Made by a program: the position numbers and the translations under genes | The notes under the pieces: generated by a model | What the model saw: only the letters and a program-made list of their open reading frames with translations | What the model was told of the DNA's origin: nothing | The model's database searches: none | Part shown: piece after piece, positions 34,727 through 48,816 of the stretch | How the letters are laid out: the number at the start of each line of letters is the position of its first letter | How positions within the stretch are numbered: position 1 is the first letter of the stretch | Assembly (NCBI GenBank): GCA_965644295.1 | Contig: CBFFRP010000212.1 | Location: 1-64,000, forward strand | Length of the DNA stretch: 64,000 bases | Direction: 5' to 3' | From: Paraphysomonas bandaiensis | Lineage: Eukaryota > Protista > Chrysophyceae

Positions 34727-35352
34727 GTACATACATATACATACATATACATACATACATACATACATACATACATACATACATACATACATACATACAT
34801 ACATACATACATACATACATACATACATACATACATACATACATACATACATACATACATACATACATACATACATACATACATACATACATACATACAT
34901 ACATACATACATGCATACATACATACATACATACATACATACATACATACATACATACATACATACATACATACATACATACATACATACATACATACAT
35001 ACATACATACATACATACATACATACATACATACATACATACATACATACACACATACATACATACATACATACATACATACATACATACATACATACCT
35101 ACATACCTACATACCTACATACCTACATACCTACATACATACATACATACATACATACATACATACATACATACATACATACATACATACATACATACAT
35201 ACATACATACATACATACATACATACATACATACATACATACATACATACATACATACATACATACATACATACATACATACATACATACATACATACAT
35301 ACATACATACATACATACATACATACATACATACATACATACATACATACAT
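34727..35352. repeat. (ATAC)n microsatellite, ~625 bp
   Basis: Near-perfect tetranucleotide array with a few ACCT, ATGC and ACAC variants. Confidence 0.99.
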
Positions 35353-35417
35353 AGAATTCAGGATGAACAATGGTCGCAGGTTGGATATGTTTGTAGTTAT
35401 TGTTACCTACAGTGCAA

Positions 35418-36990
35418 ATGGGGAGAAAAGGTTTCAAGGGAGATAAGAGTCACAGGAAGAGTAAGAACAGAAGTGGTTCTGAGTTGTGCTCTCTGCTATC
35501 GTATGGGTGTGTGTGTATGTCTGGTGTCGTCGAGGACCTGCCCGGTCTCATCGCAGCTATCGACATGGGTAAGACTGTGGCCATACAGAGGGGATCAGAG
35601 GAGGGATCAGAGAAGTTTTTGAGGGACCTATTTGCGCGCCTGCCGTTGCAGTGTGACAGTGACGGAGTGCAGTGGTCAAGGCGGAGCGACTGCCCATCAG
35701 TCAGCAAGCATATACTTTCACAACTACTGCAGTGCGGTGCCGTTATACAGCCCACTGATATTGGTAAGTGTGAGATGCTATGCATTGCGGGGGCTCGTAA
35801 GCTTCTTCTTCTTCTGGAGAAATATCCAGCCCTGGTTGGTGACATTGTTGTGCTGCTGCAAAACTTTTTAAATGGTGAAGTTGTGGATGTCAGTGGTATA
35901 GATGCTGTCGATATCAGGGAAGGTGTGGTATCTCTTTTTGTAAGCATTGGTGCAGAGAACGACGATGGCTATACAGCAGACTATACCACGGAATTCTTTT
36001 CTCTTCCGTCAGACAGTGAAGTGTGTGCTGCTGTGAGCTTGCTGATCAATGCTCTACAAGATGCAAATGAAAGGGGGGGTGGTGTGTCATCATTGCGTAA
36101 GGATAATGATTTAGGGTCGTCTGTTTCGGGGTCTGATATCTCTGAGTCAGACCGCGACTCGGGTACTGATAGCGGTAGTGAGCTACCTCCTCCTGTTAGT
36201 GCCATAGGACCAGCGGTACCGTCCTCCGCTCAACTTCAATCTGCCTGGGCTAGCATGCCAAATGTAGCGATTACTTCTTAGTTTTTAACCGCAAATAACT
36301 GCCATATGTATTCTTGCAGGATGCAGTTGGCCTCATGGAAAGTGACAGTGATGAGGATGCAGGCCCTTCTCCGGCTCCCGCGTCCTGGAACTATGTCGAA
36401 GAGCCAAGTGTCATCGCCCCTGTTCGCGTAGCTGCATCTGCGCAAATAGTACGAGGTGAGCACGAGCGAGAGGAATGGATGCTTACTCCAGGAGAGAGAA
36501 AACCTTTTGGAGGTGCGTGTGCCTCCACCTCTGTTATGGATTTCATGTTTCGTAGAGGGTTTGTCGGAAAAAATGTTGGGCAATAGAAAATTCGACAGGG
36601 GAAAGGAGACCAAGAAGGCAGCAGCGGCGTTGTCTGCCCAACGAGAGAAGGAATACGAGGAATATCTGAATAGCGAGGAAGGTAAGCAGACAGAGGCTAC
36701 ACTCCAGTTGTATAGAGAGAAGAGAGGCCCTTCGCTTGTAGAATTACATAGACAGGAGACAGCGAAAAAACCGAAACACGGAAACCCAATATCCGAAATG
36801 CAGTTTTTTGATAGGGAACGGGTATGTTGCATTAAACTTTGTATCGTCGCTGCTTTAAATGTTATATGTTGTGAAGGACCTACTTTCCCACAGGAAAATG
36901 GATAAAAACCAGGCACAGAAGCTAGTCGACCAAGCGAAAGAGTTAGACTCTAGATTTAACAAATCTATTGTACAGAAATCATTTTTGTAG
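35418..36990 (+). CDS. GPALPP1-like / DUF3752 protein (multi-exon)
   Basis: IGPAVP, EREEWMLTP, RGPSLVELH, FFDRER-DL and ELDSRF...SFL* follow the DUF3752 pattern. ATG 35418, stop 36988-36990. Confidence 0.75.
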
Positions 36991-38050
36991 GTGCAAGTAA
37001 ATTTTACAATTACTGGTGGTTATAGGTGGTGGGAATTTGTCGTCGCTCTATAGTAGTAAAAGATGCATGGTTTTGTATTTTATGCTGAGGACTTGTAGTC
37101 GTGTGAGTGTCCATATGTCCATTGGCATCAGGAGCGCCATTAGACAATGGCTGTAATTATATATGGGCGTTTTGTATCTAATGCATGATAGAGGTTATAT
37201 CTCTCAACACAGTCGTTGCATGCTTCTAACCACTATTAAAGTTAAGATTCAATTTTATCAACAGCGTATTCATTGGTGCGAGTACAATGGTGACTTCAGT
37301 GACTTACTCAGGTTTTTTGTCGGAAAGGTACAGTTGGCATTGTCAACATCTATAAAAATCCTTTACCTCGACATGATAACAAATAGTAGGATATCAGAGT
37401 TAGGCACTAGTAAGTTAAATTGTTTTGCTACATTAGTTCTGACATTTACACACCTATTGCTATTAATCAGAAGTTCACAATACTACTGTAAATAATAGAT
37501 ATGATAACTTCAGCTTATTAGTGCACTTAGTGCAGCAAGCATACCAGCAGGTATACATGATGAATGCACTGGATAGAGAAATTATAAATAATAATAACAT
37601 CGTAATACGTTTAATGCTTTTATCTTTATACCAGAAAATGGCTGACATTGGAGTGAAGGGTTGAATGACAGGATAGTCCGGTGGCCGGTGGGTATACTAT
37701 CATACGGTCATACGGTGTAGGATACGTACTATCCGATATGATGTATTGTATCTTAGACAAGAGTGTAAATTCGTCTAAGCTGCAGTGTGAGTTCAGTCTG
37801 TGTTAATAAGAACGGATTGTAGCTTTATAAAAATCTAAATTATATATTATCGCAGATAACCTTGTTGATAAAAAGTGTTTGCAGCACTGTCATTCATGAT
37901 CATGTCTTAGAAAAATTAATTACTTGAGATCTACTACTTGTCGCTTAGCCTTAATAACGCAATGTATGCCTAATAATTGTTATCACAAAGGTATAGATGT
38001 ACTAAGTTCTGATAGTGATTGCAACAATACAGAGAATGATGAAGCTGCAT

Positions 38051-38410
38051 AGCTGTCGTTTCTAATATCAAATCGACAGTTGTGGATTGTGGCCGGATGC
38101 ATGCATATTTCAAATATTATGCGGAAAAATTTCTTCAGTCGGCTCAAAAATTAAGAAACGAAAAGTTAAAATATCTAAACACAGGTGCAAGTAAAGTACT
38201 TTCAATACATATATGAACGCCAGTTCAGCGCAGCAAAACTTATTTTATCAGTGTTGCGAAAACGTATATTTCCTACTACATTTACAGCAGACTTTCACAA
38301 AAACAAAATACTACCAAAATACCTTGGAAAAATCCTAACCCTAATATGCTGTCGTTTCTGATATCAAATCGACAGTTGTGGGTTGTGGCCGGATGCATGC
38401 ATATTTCAAG
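38051..38410. repeat. ~60-bp direct duplication (38051-38112 and 38348-38409) in a decayed AT-rich region
   Basis: gctgtcgtttct(a/g)atatcaaatcgacagttgtgg(a/g)ttgtggccggatgcatgcatatttcaa occurs twice. Confidence 0.85.
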
Positions 38411-40275
38411 TAATTTTTTGAATGAACATGATGATGTTGGCGTCACCGTTGATAGCTCAGAGGATGAGGAAAATTGTGATTACCTAAACAGTAGTCAGCG
38501 AAATCGGTTTCATTATCATGTGACCTTATTGACTTGTACTAGACGGAATATACGGATGTATTTACTCACTGATCAGTGTACAATATATTGCAATAGTATC
38601 GTCGAGTCTATTGAGAATTGACCATTTTCAGATGATTAAGATCATTGTAAGAGAAGTTTAAATTAGTCAAACTAGATAGATTACTTTATTATGATTGTAT
38701 ACACAATTGTGTGTGTTGTCATGTAACACATGTCAACAACATGATAAATTATTTCGTTCATGTCAACCACTGCTCAACTTCAGTATCTTGAATCGTCACG
38801 ATATAATACTTCAGTTTCACAGTTATAGCTATATAGCACCTTTGACTATTGACTACGTATTTCTGTTTTTCACATTGTATTTAACGTATTCTACAGTACT
38901 ATCTTAGAGAACCATACGTATTCCAACAGAGCCTTCTCTAACAATGGTATTGCAATATATTGTTACCGAACACTAGTGTTGCTGTTATTTTTTGTGTAGC
39001 CCATCAAAGTTAACGAGAGTATGAAGGTGTGTAGTATAAAAGAACTAAATTATCTGTGTAAACTTGATACGAATCCTGATCGTTGGTTGTTCAAGAACTC
39101 TTTATTTGCCATTCCACTCACTTCGTTTGGAGTGTTGCCAGCATAACACATAACAGTGCTATTGGGTAATGCATTGTGATAACGAAGTCGAATAATTCGG
39201 TTGGGTAGTTTTTGAAGGAACACTGCTTGAATGTACGTGCTCTGATAGAGAGGTCAAAGCTTAAAATTTGCGAAATCAAAATTGTCAGAAAATGTTGTGT
39301 TCAATGGGCAGATTGTTGTTCAGTCAGTATGTTCTATCTTCTACAATGTCAATCAATATTTCTTTGCGAGACTGATAATTTGATATCAAGCAAGGGCATG
39401 TTAATGCTACTGGTATGTGCAGATTCATTACCGTAGCTCATATGGTACATGCTATCTATGATGACAAGATATTGAAACGACAGCGAAAGTGTCATACTGC
39501 TATTCCAACTCAAAAGTCACAAAATGATATGATACATTTGGGTGATGCGTCCGTTGAGTTCGAATGCGGTGTATTTTAACTCATCGTTGCACTGATACTT
39601 TCGTGCATGACTTTTAAAACCAGCCGCAGATATCGTCTGAAAATATTTACTGTCATATGTGAGTACTTCGATACGATATACACTCTATCGAGGAAAACTT
39701 TCTCCTCTTTAATAACAGGACTGACTATCTTCTCCACGTCTGCTGTGTTCGATAACATCAAGTTATAAGTTATCTCTCTCTCTTTATATATATATACAGG
39801 ATGAAGACACATACAAGTAACGTATGTGTATACACATTGAAAGGGGATGGAGACAGGAGGCAGGGTCCGCTCATACCGCTATAGCATTCTTCCTTAATTA
39901 GAAATGCTCTTTTCCTGTCGCATTATGTGAAGCTTATGATGGTTCGTGAAGATGATGACTTTCCTGCCCGCACATGTCCAATAAACCTGGGTTTTCAAGA
40001 CATCAAGTTACTTTGGACAGTATCGACTGGTTACTGCTGACACAGTGAGGTATTTATATAAATATCCTGAATATCCGGAATTTATAGAAAAAATGATTTA
40101 ATTTTCATAAAAATACCTGATAAATGAGTTTGAGTGTGAAATATACTCGAGTGGTCATCCATTCCATTCGGACTTTAAACACACCTACAGATGCACGTAC
40201 ACTGGTTATCTATCACACACCGCCTCACAGCAGTGTATGTGTAGTATGTAGGCCCTTGCAGTTGCCATTTCTGTC

Positions 40276-43200
40276 ATGCATAGAGTCCAGAGGCTCATCC
40301 TATGTAGGAAGGCATGGAGAAGAGTGCCTTCACGAGCGTCTTCGAGAGATACTTTCGTCTCGAAGCACTTTACTGTAGACAACGCGGAGTTGATGAAGAC
40401 TTTAGACGCCACAGAGTCTAAATACCGGAGAATGAACGACCATTATGAGGTGGAGGTGTGCAAATTTTGCAACAAAGACAATAAGACGAAAGAGAGCAAC
40501 AAGTGGAAGCTGTATGTCAATGATGACGGGAGCTTTCATTGCTTTCGCTGTTCACTGCATGGGTCCTGGTTTGACCTAAAGCGCAGAGTCGCCGGATGCT
40601 ATCGAAATAGTAGTGTTGATGTACAACCGTTACTTAGTGTAGAAGAAGTTCCAAAGGCCACACCTGCTCAACAAGAGATGAGGGCATTTGCCAAAACGTT
40701 ATATAATTCTAGTCCTGGACCTCAACTTGTGGTTGAATACTTGACAACCAAAAGGTGTATCAAAAAACAGATTCTTTTGAGGTATTTTTTGTTTCCTTAT
40801 TCGTTGTATTGCTGTGATCGCCCTTCACACAGATATGGCGTCGGTTATTCTTTACAGAAATTTCTTAATGAAATGGACGAATGGGAGGAAAACCATTGTG
40901 TCACTTTTCCATGGATGGTAGTATAGTGTATGACAGATATTATTTATAAGTTGCTGGTATACGTAGGAAGAAAGGGATGATGTAGTCAGCGCCGTCGTTG
41001 AAAGGTCGCCTACTGACGGTACTAACAAAGATAGTAAACAGACTGACTTGAACGAAAAAAATGTTGTACAAACCGACCAGTCGGTGCGTTATATATACTA
41101 CTTTTGGCATCGTTGCATGGGTCACAACTATGTTCTGCAGGTTGCCGACGCTCCACGTAAGCCCCAGCCTTTCAATATCGTGCGGATAAAGCATAGGTGC
41201 AGTGTTTCAAGGCCAAAGTTCTATTTTGTGACCACTAATCAACAGGTCGATTACTGGTAAAGGTCGACAGCGGCTTTTCCCCAAAGGTGGTGGGTGGGGT
41301 TTTTTTGGATGGCATGTGGTCCGGGCGACCGACACAGAGATTGTTATCACAGAGGGGGAGTTTGATGCCATGGTATGACGACATTACATAGAAAATAGCC
41401 ATGATGTCATTCTACTCACCGTGCTCTTATCTATATGTAGGCCGTAGCTCAAGCCATCAGTACGCTTAAGAAAGACCACGATATGTACAAGGTAGGATAC
41501 AACCTTCGCATGAGTGGTGGTGCTAAATAGATTGCATTATGTCGCTAGTTGCCAGTTGTATCTTTACCCAACGGTGCCTCCTCTCTTCCTCCAGGACTTC
41601 TTCCTAGGCTTGAACGGTGCGTGTTGTATTTTTATAAAGACAGTGACTAGTATATTAAGCACTTGAGCATTTCTGAGTTTTTCTGTGGTTATACTTTGTG
41701 TCGTGTTGATTGGATTAGGTTTTCTAAGATATATCTCTGGATGGATAATGACGAGTCTGGTCACGTGGCGGCAGAAAAATTCTCAAGGTAGCTGATCGAT
41801 TTATGAATATTACCCCTGTGTGTTATATATGCCGCGACAATGCACATTCAGGAAATTGGGTATTAGGCGGTGTGTGGTAGTGCGCCCGGACCAGAATATG
41901 CAGGTCTAATGTTGCGCAATTCACAAGCCCCCCAAATGATATTTGTGCTTTCTGTGTAGGATCCACCTAAAGATGCAAATGATGCACTCCGCCATCGATC
42001 TGTTAAGGGCCATAAATTAATAATCGACATGCTTCAAAAGGTTTGTCACTTATCTATGCTATCTCACAAGTGTATAACGCTGTTCTACTGCAGGCGAAAC
42101 AAATCAATCATTCAAAACTTAGTACGTTTGCAGACTACAGGCTGGAGGTGCGTTAGTTATTGATACATCGTACTTTGTCGTTCTATGGCTTGACTGCGGG
42201 CGATGTGGTGTAAATGTTGTGGTTCAGGTTATGAATTTACTTACTCGTCCTCGTTCGGTCATCAGTGGGACTCCAACTAAATCTCTTCCCGCCCTTACTA
42301 AAATAACCAAGGGATTCAGAGAGGGAGAGCTTGTGGTTTTCACTGGTCCAACAGGTGTGTACTTATCACCTATATAGCGGGGACAGCAAGGGCTGATGTA
42401 TTTACTAGGTGCTGGAAAGACAACTCTTCTGTCCCAAATTAGTCTTGATTTTGCGAGAACGGTATGAAATGACACTGTCATCTCTCGTTTGCTTTGTAAT
42501 GATGTTCCTTATGTAGGGTGCTCCAACCCTCTGGGGATCATTTGAGATCAAAAACCCGCTGCTGATGGCTAAAATGATGCAGCAGTATCACAAGGATGGA
42601 AATTTGTCATTATTGGATGAAGAGAAGCTCGAGCATGTATGTTTTACGCTGAATGACTGTACAAACTGACACATATTTAGGTTGCGGATCAGTTTAATGC
42701 TCTTCCCTTTGTATTTATGAATTTTCATGGGGGTAGCAACTTGAGTGAGGTAGGAATAGAGGTTGTTGTTTCATGAATTTCTTACCTCGAATGAGTAGAT
42801 CTTAGATGCGATGGAGTTTGCGGTGTATCAATATGACATAAAGCATATTATATTGGATAATCTACAGGTGGAAAACTCGACTTTTATTATTTGATGCTGT
42901 AACCGAGATGCTATAGTTTATGATGTCTCGAGAAAGTGGAAGGTTTTCTAGTAAATTTGATGCTCAAGATAGTGCTATAGAGTCGTTCAGGAAATTTTGT
43001 ACAGATAAAATGGTATACTTTTTAAAATGTTGACCTGTACCTTATGACACGAATTAGGTCAATGTATTTCTTGTAATTCACCCCCGCAAGGAAGATGATA
43101 CGACACCTCTTCAAATGGCATCTATACTGGGGACCGCGAAGGCAACTCAGGAATCCGATGTTGTGATTATACTACAGGTATGAGTCAGTGTTTGTTGTGC

Positions 43201-43346
43201 AACAGGGGTAACTATTTCTGTCACGGTAGCGTGTGGAGGGATCCACATATATTGATGTCAAAAAGAATAGATACGATGGGCAACTAGGAAAAGTTAATGT
43301 TCAGTTCAATAATATCACAAAGTCGTTTTTTGAGAATACATCATAA
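40276..43346 (+). CDS. TWNK: Twinkle (T7 gp4-like) primase-helicase, probably mitochondrial; about 18 short introns
   Basis: Zn finger [34 protein letters not shown] and KDANDAL. SF4 helicase [48 protein letters not shown] and KNRYDG. Arg-rich presequence. Confidence 0.93.
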
Positions 43347-43601
43347 TAATTCATTTTGTTACTGCGTATAAAACTGTCTCCACTGGAATAAGTAGTGACG
43401 TACATGATTAGTTTCGGTACACACATTCGTACGGAATAATAATTCGATCAATTATATCGTATCTACTCTATTTACTACTTGTACTGTTATGCGTTGCTAT
43501 ATGAGCTAACTAGTGTGAATAATGTAATACTATTTTGACTAGTAGGCCACTCTCATAATTTAAACTGACAGAGCGTTTCAACCGTATTGACGAGTGTAAA
43601 A

Positions 43602-43952
43602 TGTTGAGTTCTGCAATATGGTGTGATATATATTGTGCAATTGAAGGGAGTTAATAGTGTGCAATGGGTGAAGTCAACTCATAGGTATAAGGGGTGATTA
43701 TAGTTACAAAGGAATTAAATTCAGTTACTGGTGTGTGACTATATAAGATATAGGAGTGACGGAGTGACTGGTAAACATACGATAAACGATAAACAGTAAA
43801 CAGATGTTGCTGAGAACAGATGATTTACCAGATGTTACATGAATATGCAGTGAAGTGTTCAGATAATTATAATTTCTTACTGGAAAGTGCATATTGTGTT
43901 AAGGTTTGCGTGTAGAGCAAAGTTAACTTCAGTGAAATGTCCAATTTTAACA
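43602..43952. mobile_element. Solo LTR (351 bp), same family as 13676-14562
   Basis: TGTTGA...TAACA termini. Flanks TAAAA/TAATA match 4/5. Colinear homology with the other copy. Confidence 0.8.
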
Positions 43953-44280
43953 TAATAACATATTTGTACTATATTGATTAATTCTGAAACTTACATAGTG
44001 TTATAGAATGTGAAAAGTTATTTGAAAAGATATTGCAAGGGTATCTGCCGCTTCTAACAGACATTCGGATCCGTTTATCGAACAGGAGGACATAGTCGAC
44101 ATATTGCCACGTCACCCAGAAACCGATTATACCCGATTGAATAATTCACAAGAGCTCATATTTAAATGAATCATGCCAACACTAATATTATACTTGAGAT
44201 TTCAGACAACCTCATTAAACAAATCAAATTCAAAGTACTCATGCACTGTAGATCAAGAAGCAATATCAAATCATGCATAT

Positions 44281-46081
44281 CTATACTGGAGCAGTAAACA
44301 AATCCCAATGAGCAAATTTGTGTCGCTCAGCACGAGGCACGAAGAAGTTATTAGGGCGAATCATATACCCAAACGGTGACAACTTTTCGTCCAAATTAGA
44401 AATCCATTCCTTCGTTTCGGCATTGAATTTATTCTTTGCATAGGCTTGGCTAAACTCGTTCATCACTCTATGCTCCGTACCATTGTTGAGATAACGCGAG
44501 AATGGAAAAGGCCAAGGCATATGACCATCGTCGGGAATAATTTTTGCCTCTTGCGAATTACTGAATATAGCACGCGAGGGGGGACCTTGGCCTTTTGGGT
44601 TTTGAGGTTCACCTGGGAAAAGACTCTTGCAGTGAGTTTCTACTTGAGAATAATCCCAAAAATACGGAGAAGATGAATTTTTTATTCCGTCTTCCAGCGA
44701 CTGCGGACGATCATCCAAGAAGAGAAATTTGTGCAAACGTTTGCACACTTCAAGGGGCTCGTTCTGAAAATCTTCGTATCGTACTATAAAATATAAAACA
44801 GAAATCACAATCACTCATAAAAATCTGACACATAAAGATATCAAACGAATATAAATCTCTTACCGATGCGAACATGTTTCCCACTCCACTCGATATCATC
44901 CTAACAGCAACACACCTTATGAGATTATTCAGCATCCAATAAAACATAGCACCTTAAGTATACCATGCAACACATGCATGATACTAATCCAAGATAGAGA
45001 TCCAGAACCATATGGCGAAAATGTTGAACAGCCTCTAGAGAATTAGATAAGATGCACCACAATATTGGGTATGAGCTTACGTGTTGGAGGAATTGGAACT
45101 ATAACCCGCTCTACGAGTACCATCCATTGTGAGATAAATCTCCACACTCGTAAGTTTATCTTCAATGCTAGTATAAGAAGAATCGTTAATAAGAAACTTA
45201 GATATATAGGTAAGTATCTCTAGCTACATCAGATTAATATAGGTAAAGAGGTTGACTTACTCTTCCTGAGTCGATCTCATCCAGCTAGTTGTGACGCCAC
45301 TCATCTTGTTGTCCATAAAAGGGTGCTGGGTATTGATGTCATTAAGTTACAGATATACAAAGTCATCTCACCTTCATCGTTATAATGTACTTTGCACCAG
45401 CAAATCTCGATGCCGCCTTATGCACTATCGGTATATGAAGCATATTTGTGTCTGTATTCTCTACCAAATAAGTCTTGTCCACATCCCAGTAATGCATCAT
45501 CCACTGCAATGAAAAGAAATGAAGCTCATAAAGAATTATCTATATCTATAACTTGATATTACTCACCATGTCGAAGAAGCCACGACCGGCATCAATTAAT
45601 CTTTCACTTTCACGCACAGTACAATATTTATTTCTGATCCACAGTGCCTGGTACTGAGACATGTACTTCTTGTCGACATTTCCTTCCGTTCCCTGTCAAC
45701 AACCGCGACATAAGAACGCAGTAACAAGCATATAATATGGAATATACCCTGAAGCGCTTGCCACGACATATACGCTTAAGTGTGTGCCGATAACACCCTT
45801 CTATCATCGTGCTGCAGTCGGGTGTGTACCTCAGCATAAGGTATATCCAACTGAAACAACATCATGCCCACAATTACACACACCACGACAGCATTTCTCA
45901 CTCACTCATTCCCACTTCTTGGAAGCCCATATACGCCTATGAAGAAATGATTCGGCATCTCCTCGTGCACCACATCTCTAGTCACTGTTTTATTGTCATG
46001 CCAGAACAGAGACGCGGAGCACGAACAACACCACAACGCTAGACATATCTGCACATATGCAGCCGTCCTGAGTACGTGCAT
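44281..46081 (-). CDS. Sulfotransferase-family protein, copy 1 (multi-exon, signal peptide/anchor)
   Basis: Spliced PAPS-binding loop VYGLPRSGNDWIYLML and C-terminal RYEDFQNEPLEVCKRLHKFL. Confidence 0.75.
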
Positions 46082-46443
46082 GGCCGTGACTGTGGTTACG
46101 GGAGCTGCATTAACATGTATGTGTATCTGTTGAGGTATGTGACATCTGATGAAATATTCACCCCTCCGCATCAGCAGCAGATAGTGTACTCCAGTACACA
46201 TAAAAAATGTACTCCAATACTCCATATGTACTCCACTACAAAAAAAGTGTACTGTATACGTATCAGTCAGATAAACACTCCAGTACTCTGTACCAGATAT
46301 GCTGCTGCATACCATATACAGTACTCCGTACTGCTGTATGTGTATATACAAGAATACCTCAAGTCAAGCTCAAGAAGAGGACCATCAACCATCCACAGAT
46401 ACACATACATGTTAATGCAGCTCCCGTAACCACAGTCACGGCC

Positions 46444-48238
46444 ATGCACGTACTCAGGACGGCTGCATATGTGCAGATATGTCTAGCGTTGTGGTGTTGT
46501 TCGTGCTCCGCGTCTCTGTTCTGGCATGACAATAAAACAGTGACTAGAGATGTGGTGCACGAGGAGATGCCGAATCATTTCTTCATAGGCGTATATGGGC
46601 TTCCAAGAAGTGGGAATGAGTGAGTGAGAAATGCTGTCGTGGTGTGTGTAATTGTGGGCATGATGTTGTTTCAGTTGGATATACCTTATGCTGAGGTACA
46701 CACCCGACTGCAGCACGATGATAGAAGGGTGTTATCGGCACACACTTAAGCGTATATGTCGTGGCAAGCGCTTCAGGGTATATTCCATATTGTATGCTTG
46801 TTACTGCGTTCTTATGTCGCGGTTGTTGACAGGGAACGGAAGGAAATGTCGACAAGAAGTACATGTCTCAGTACCAGGCACTGTGGATCAGAAATAAATA
46901 TTGTACTGTGCGTGAAAGTGAAAGATTAATTGATGCCGGTCGTGGCTTCTTCGACATGGTGAGTAATATCAAGTTATAGATATAGATAATTCTTTATGAG
47001 CTTCATTTCTTTTCATTGCAGTGGATGATGCATTACTGGGATGTGGACAAGACTTATTTGGTAGAGAATACAGACACAAATATGCTTCATATACCGATAG
47101 TGCATAAGGCGGCATCGAGATTTGCTGGTGCAAAGTACATTATAACGATGAAGGTGAGATGGCTTTGTATATCTGTAACTTAATGACATCAATACCCAGC
47201 ACCCTTTTATGGACAACAAGATGAGTGGCGTCACAACTAGCTGGATGAGATCGACTCAGGAAGAGTAAGTCAACCTCTTTACCTATATTAATCTGATGTA
47301 GCTAGAGATACTTACCTATATATCTAAGTTTCTTATTAACGATTCTTCTTATACTAGCATTGAAGATAAACTTACGAGTGTGGAGATTTATCTCACAATG
47401 GATGGTACTCGTAGAGCGGGTTATAGTTCCAATTCCTCCAACACGTAAGCTCATACCCAATATTGTGGTGCATCTTATCTAATTCTCTAGAGGCTGTTCA
47501 ACATTTTCGCCATATGGTTCTGGATCTCTATCTTGGATTAGTATCATGCATGTGTTGCATGGTATACTTAAGGTGCTATGTTTTATTGGATGCTGAATAA
47601 TCTCATAAGGTGTGTTGCTGTTAGGATGATATCGAGTGGAGTGGGAAACATGTTCGCATCGGTAAGAGATTTATATTCGTTTGATATCATTATGTGTCAG
47701 ATTTTTATGAGTGATTGTGATTTCTGTTTTATATTTTATAGTACGATACGAAGATTTTCAGAACGAGCCCCTTGAAGTGTGCAAGCGTTTGCACAAATTT
47801 CTCTTCTTGGATGATCGTCCGCAGTCGCTGGGAGACGGAATAAAAAATTCATCTTCTCCGTATTTTTGGGATTATTCTCAAGTAGAAACTCACTGCAAGA
47901 GTCTTTTCCCAGGTGAACCTCAAAACCCAACAGGCCAAGGTCCCCCTTCCCGTGCCGTTTTAAACAACGAAAGGGATATTATTCCCGACGATGGTCATAT
48001 GCCTTGGCCTTTTCCATTCTCGCGTTATCTTAACAATGGTACGGAGCATAGAGTGATGAACGAGTTTAGCCAAGCCTATGCAAAGAATAAATTCAATGCC
48101 GAAACGAAGGAATGGATTTCTAATTTGGACGAAAAGTTGTGGCCGTTTGGGTATATGATTCGCCCTAATAACTTCTTCGTGCCTCGTGCTGAGCGACACA
48201 AATTTGCTCATTGGGATTTGTTTACTGCTCCAGTATAG
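46444..48238 (+). CDS. Sulfotransferase-family protein, copy 2
   Basis: Inverted paralogue of 44281-46081 with the same motifs. Confidence 0.75.
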
Positions 48239-48816
48239 ATATTCATATATAGCTTCGACTCTTTCTGGACTAATATCATGATTTTTGCTCTAAATTATAT
48301 ACTATTATATATTATCGATCACCAGATTAGGCTACCTAGGTATTTACGTGTCCCCATTTTGTCTCTCAAAAGCTTTTTTTTACCTGAATTGGGCTCAGCA
48401 CCGGGTAAGTATCATAGACATTCAACTTCAATATTCGGTTCAACAGAAGCTCGCTTCTATCCTAATTATGATATTGACAGTCATATGTATATATGTATGT
48501 GATTTGATTATGTCTTACACATTTGTAGAGAAACCACAGTGATGGGCCAACTATCCAATACTCTGATCATCAAACACTCCAAGTTATATTCCACCCTTCG
48601 ACTGCTGTAGAATATCATAACCAGGACTTCGAAATTCGAAACAACTTCAAGAATATTTCAGGAGTGTTTAAATGGTAAATGGCATATCTGACGCTGTATA
48701 GTGTGTATGTGATTGGTGATTAAGGGCAGTGGCATCCAGTTCTTTCAGGCTTTGGGTTTAAAAACTCCATCAATACTATTGACGGAACGCTATCTAACAA
48801 TAGTATTGCAATACAT

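Larger units (their letters stand above)
44277..48242. repeat. Large inverted duplication: arms 44277-46130 and 46395-48242, 264-bp spacer
   Basis: The arms are reverse complements, including introns, and mirror ORF pairs appear in the ORF track. Few substitutions and a short divergent patch distally. Confidence 0.97.

Noticed and set aside
34579-35437. MYVC/HTYI ORFs
   Set aside because: Translations of the (ATAC)n microsatellite.
39000-40020. Minus-strand partner gene divergent from Twinkle
   Set aside because: Only short ORFs with stops (such as 39576-39812); I could not assemble a consistent spliced model or motif.
44277-48242. Pure fold-back assembly artefact
   Set aside because: The arms differ by substitutions and an in-frame indel patch, and there is a unique spacer with promoter-like words. 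Long reads are still needed for certainty.
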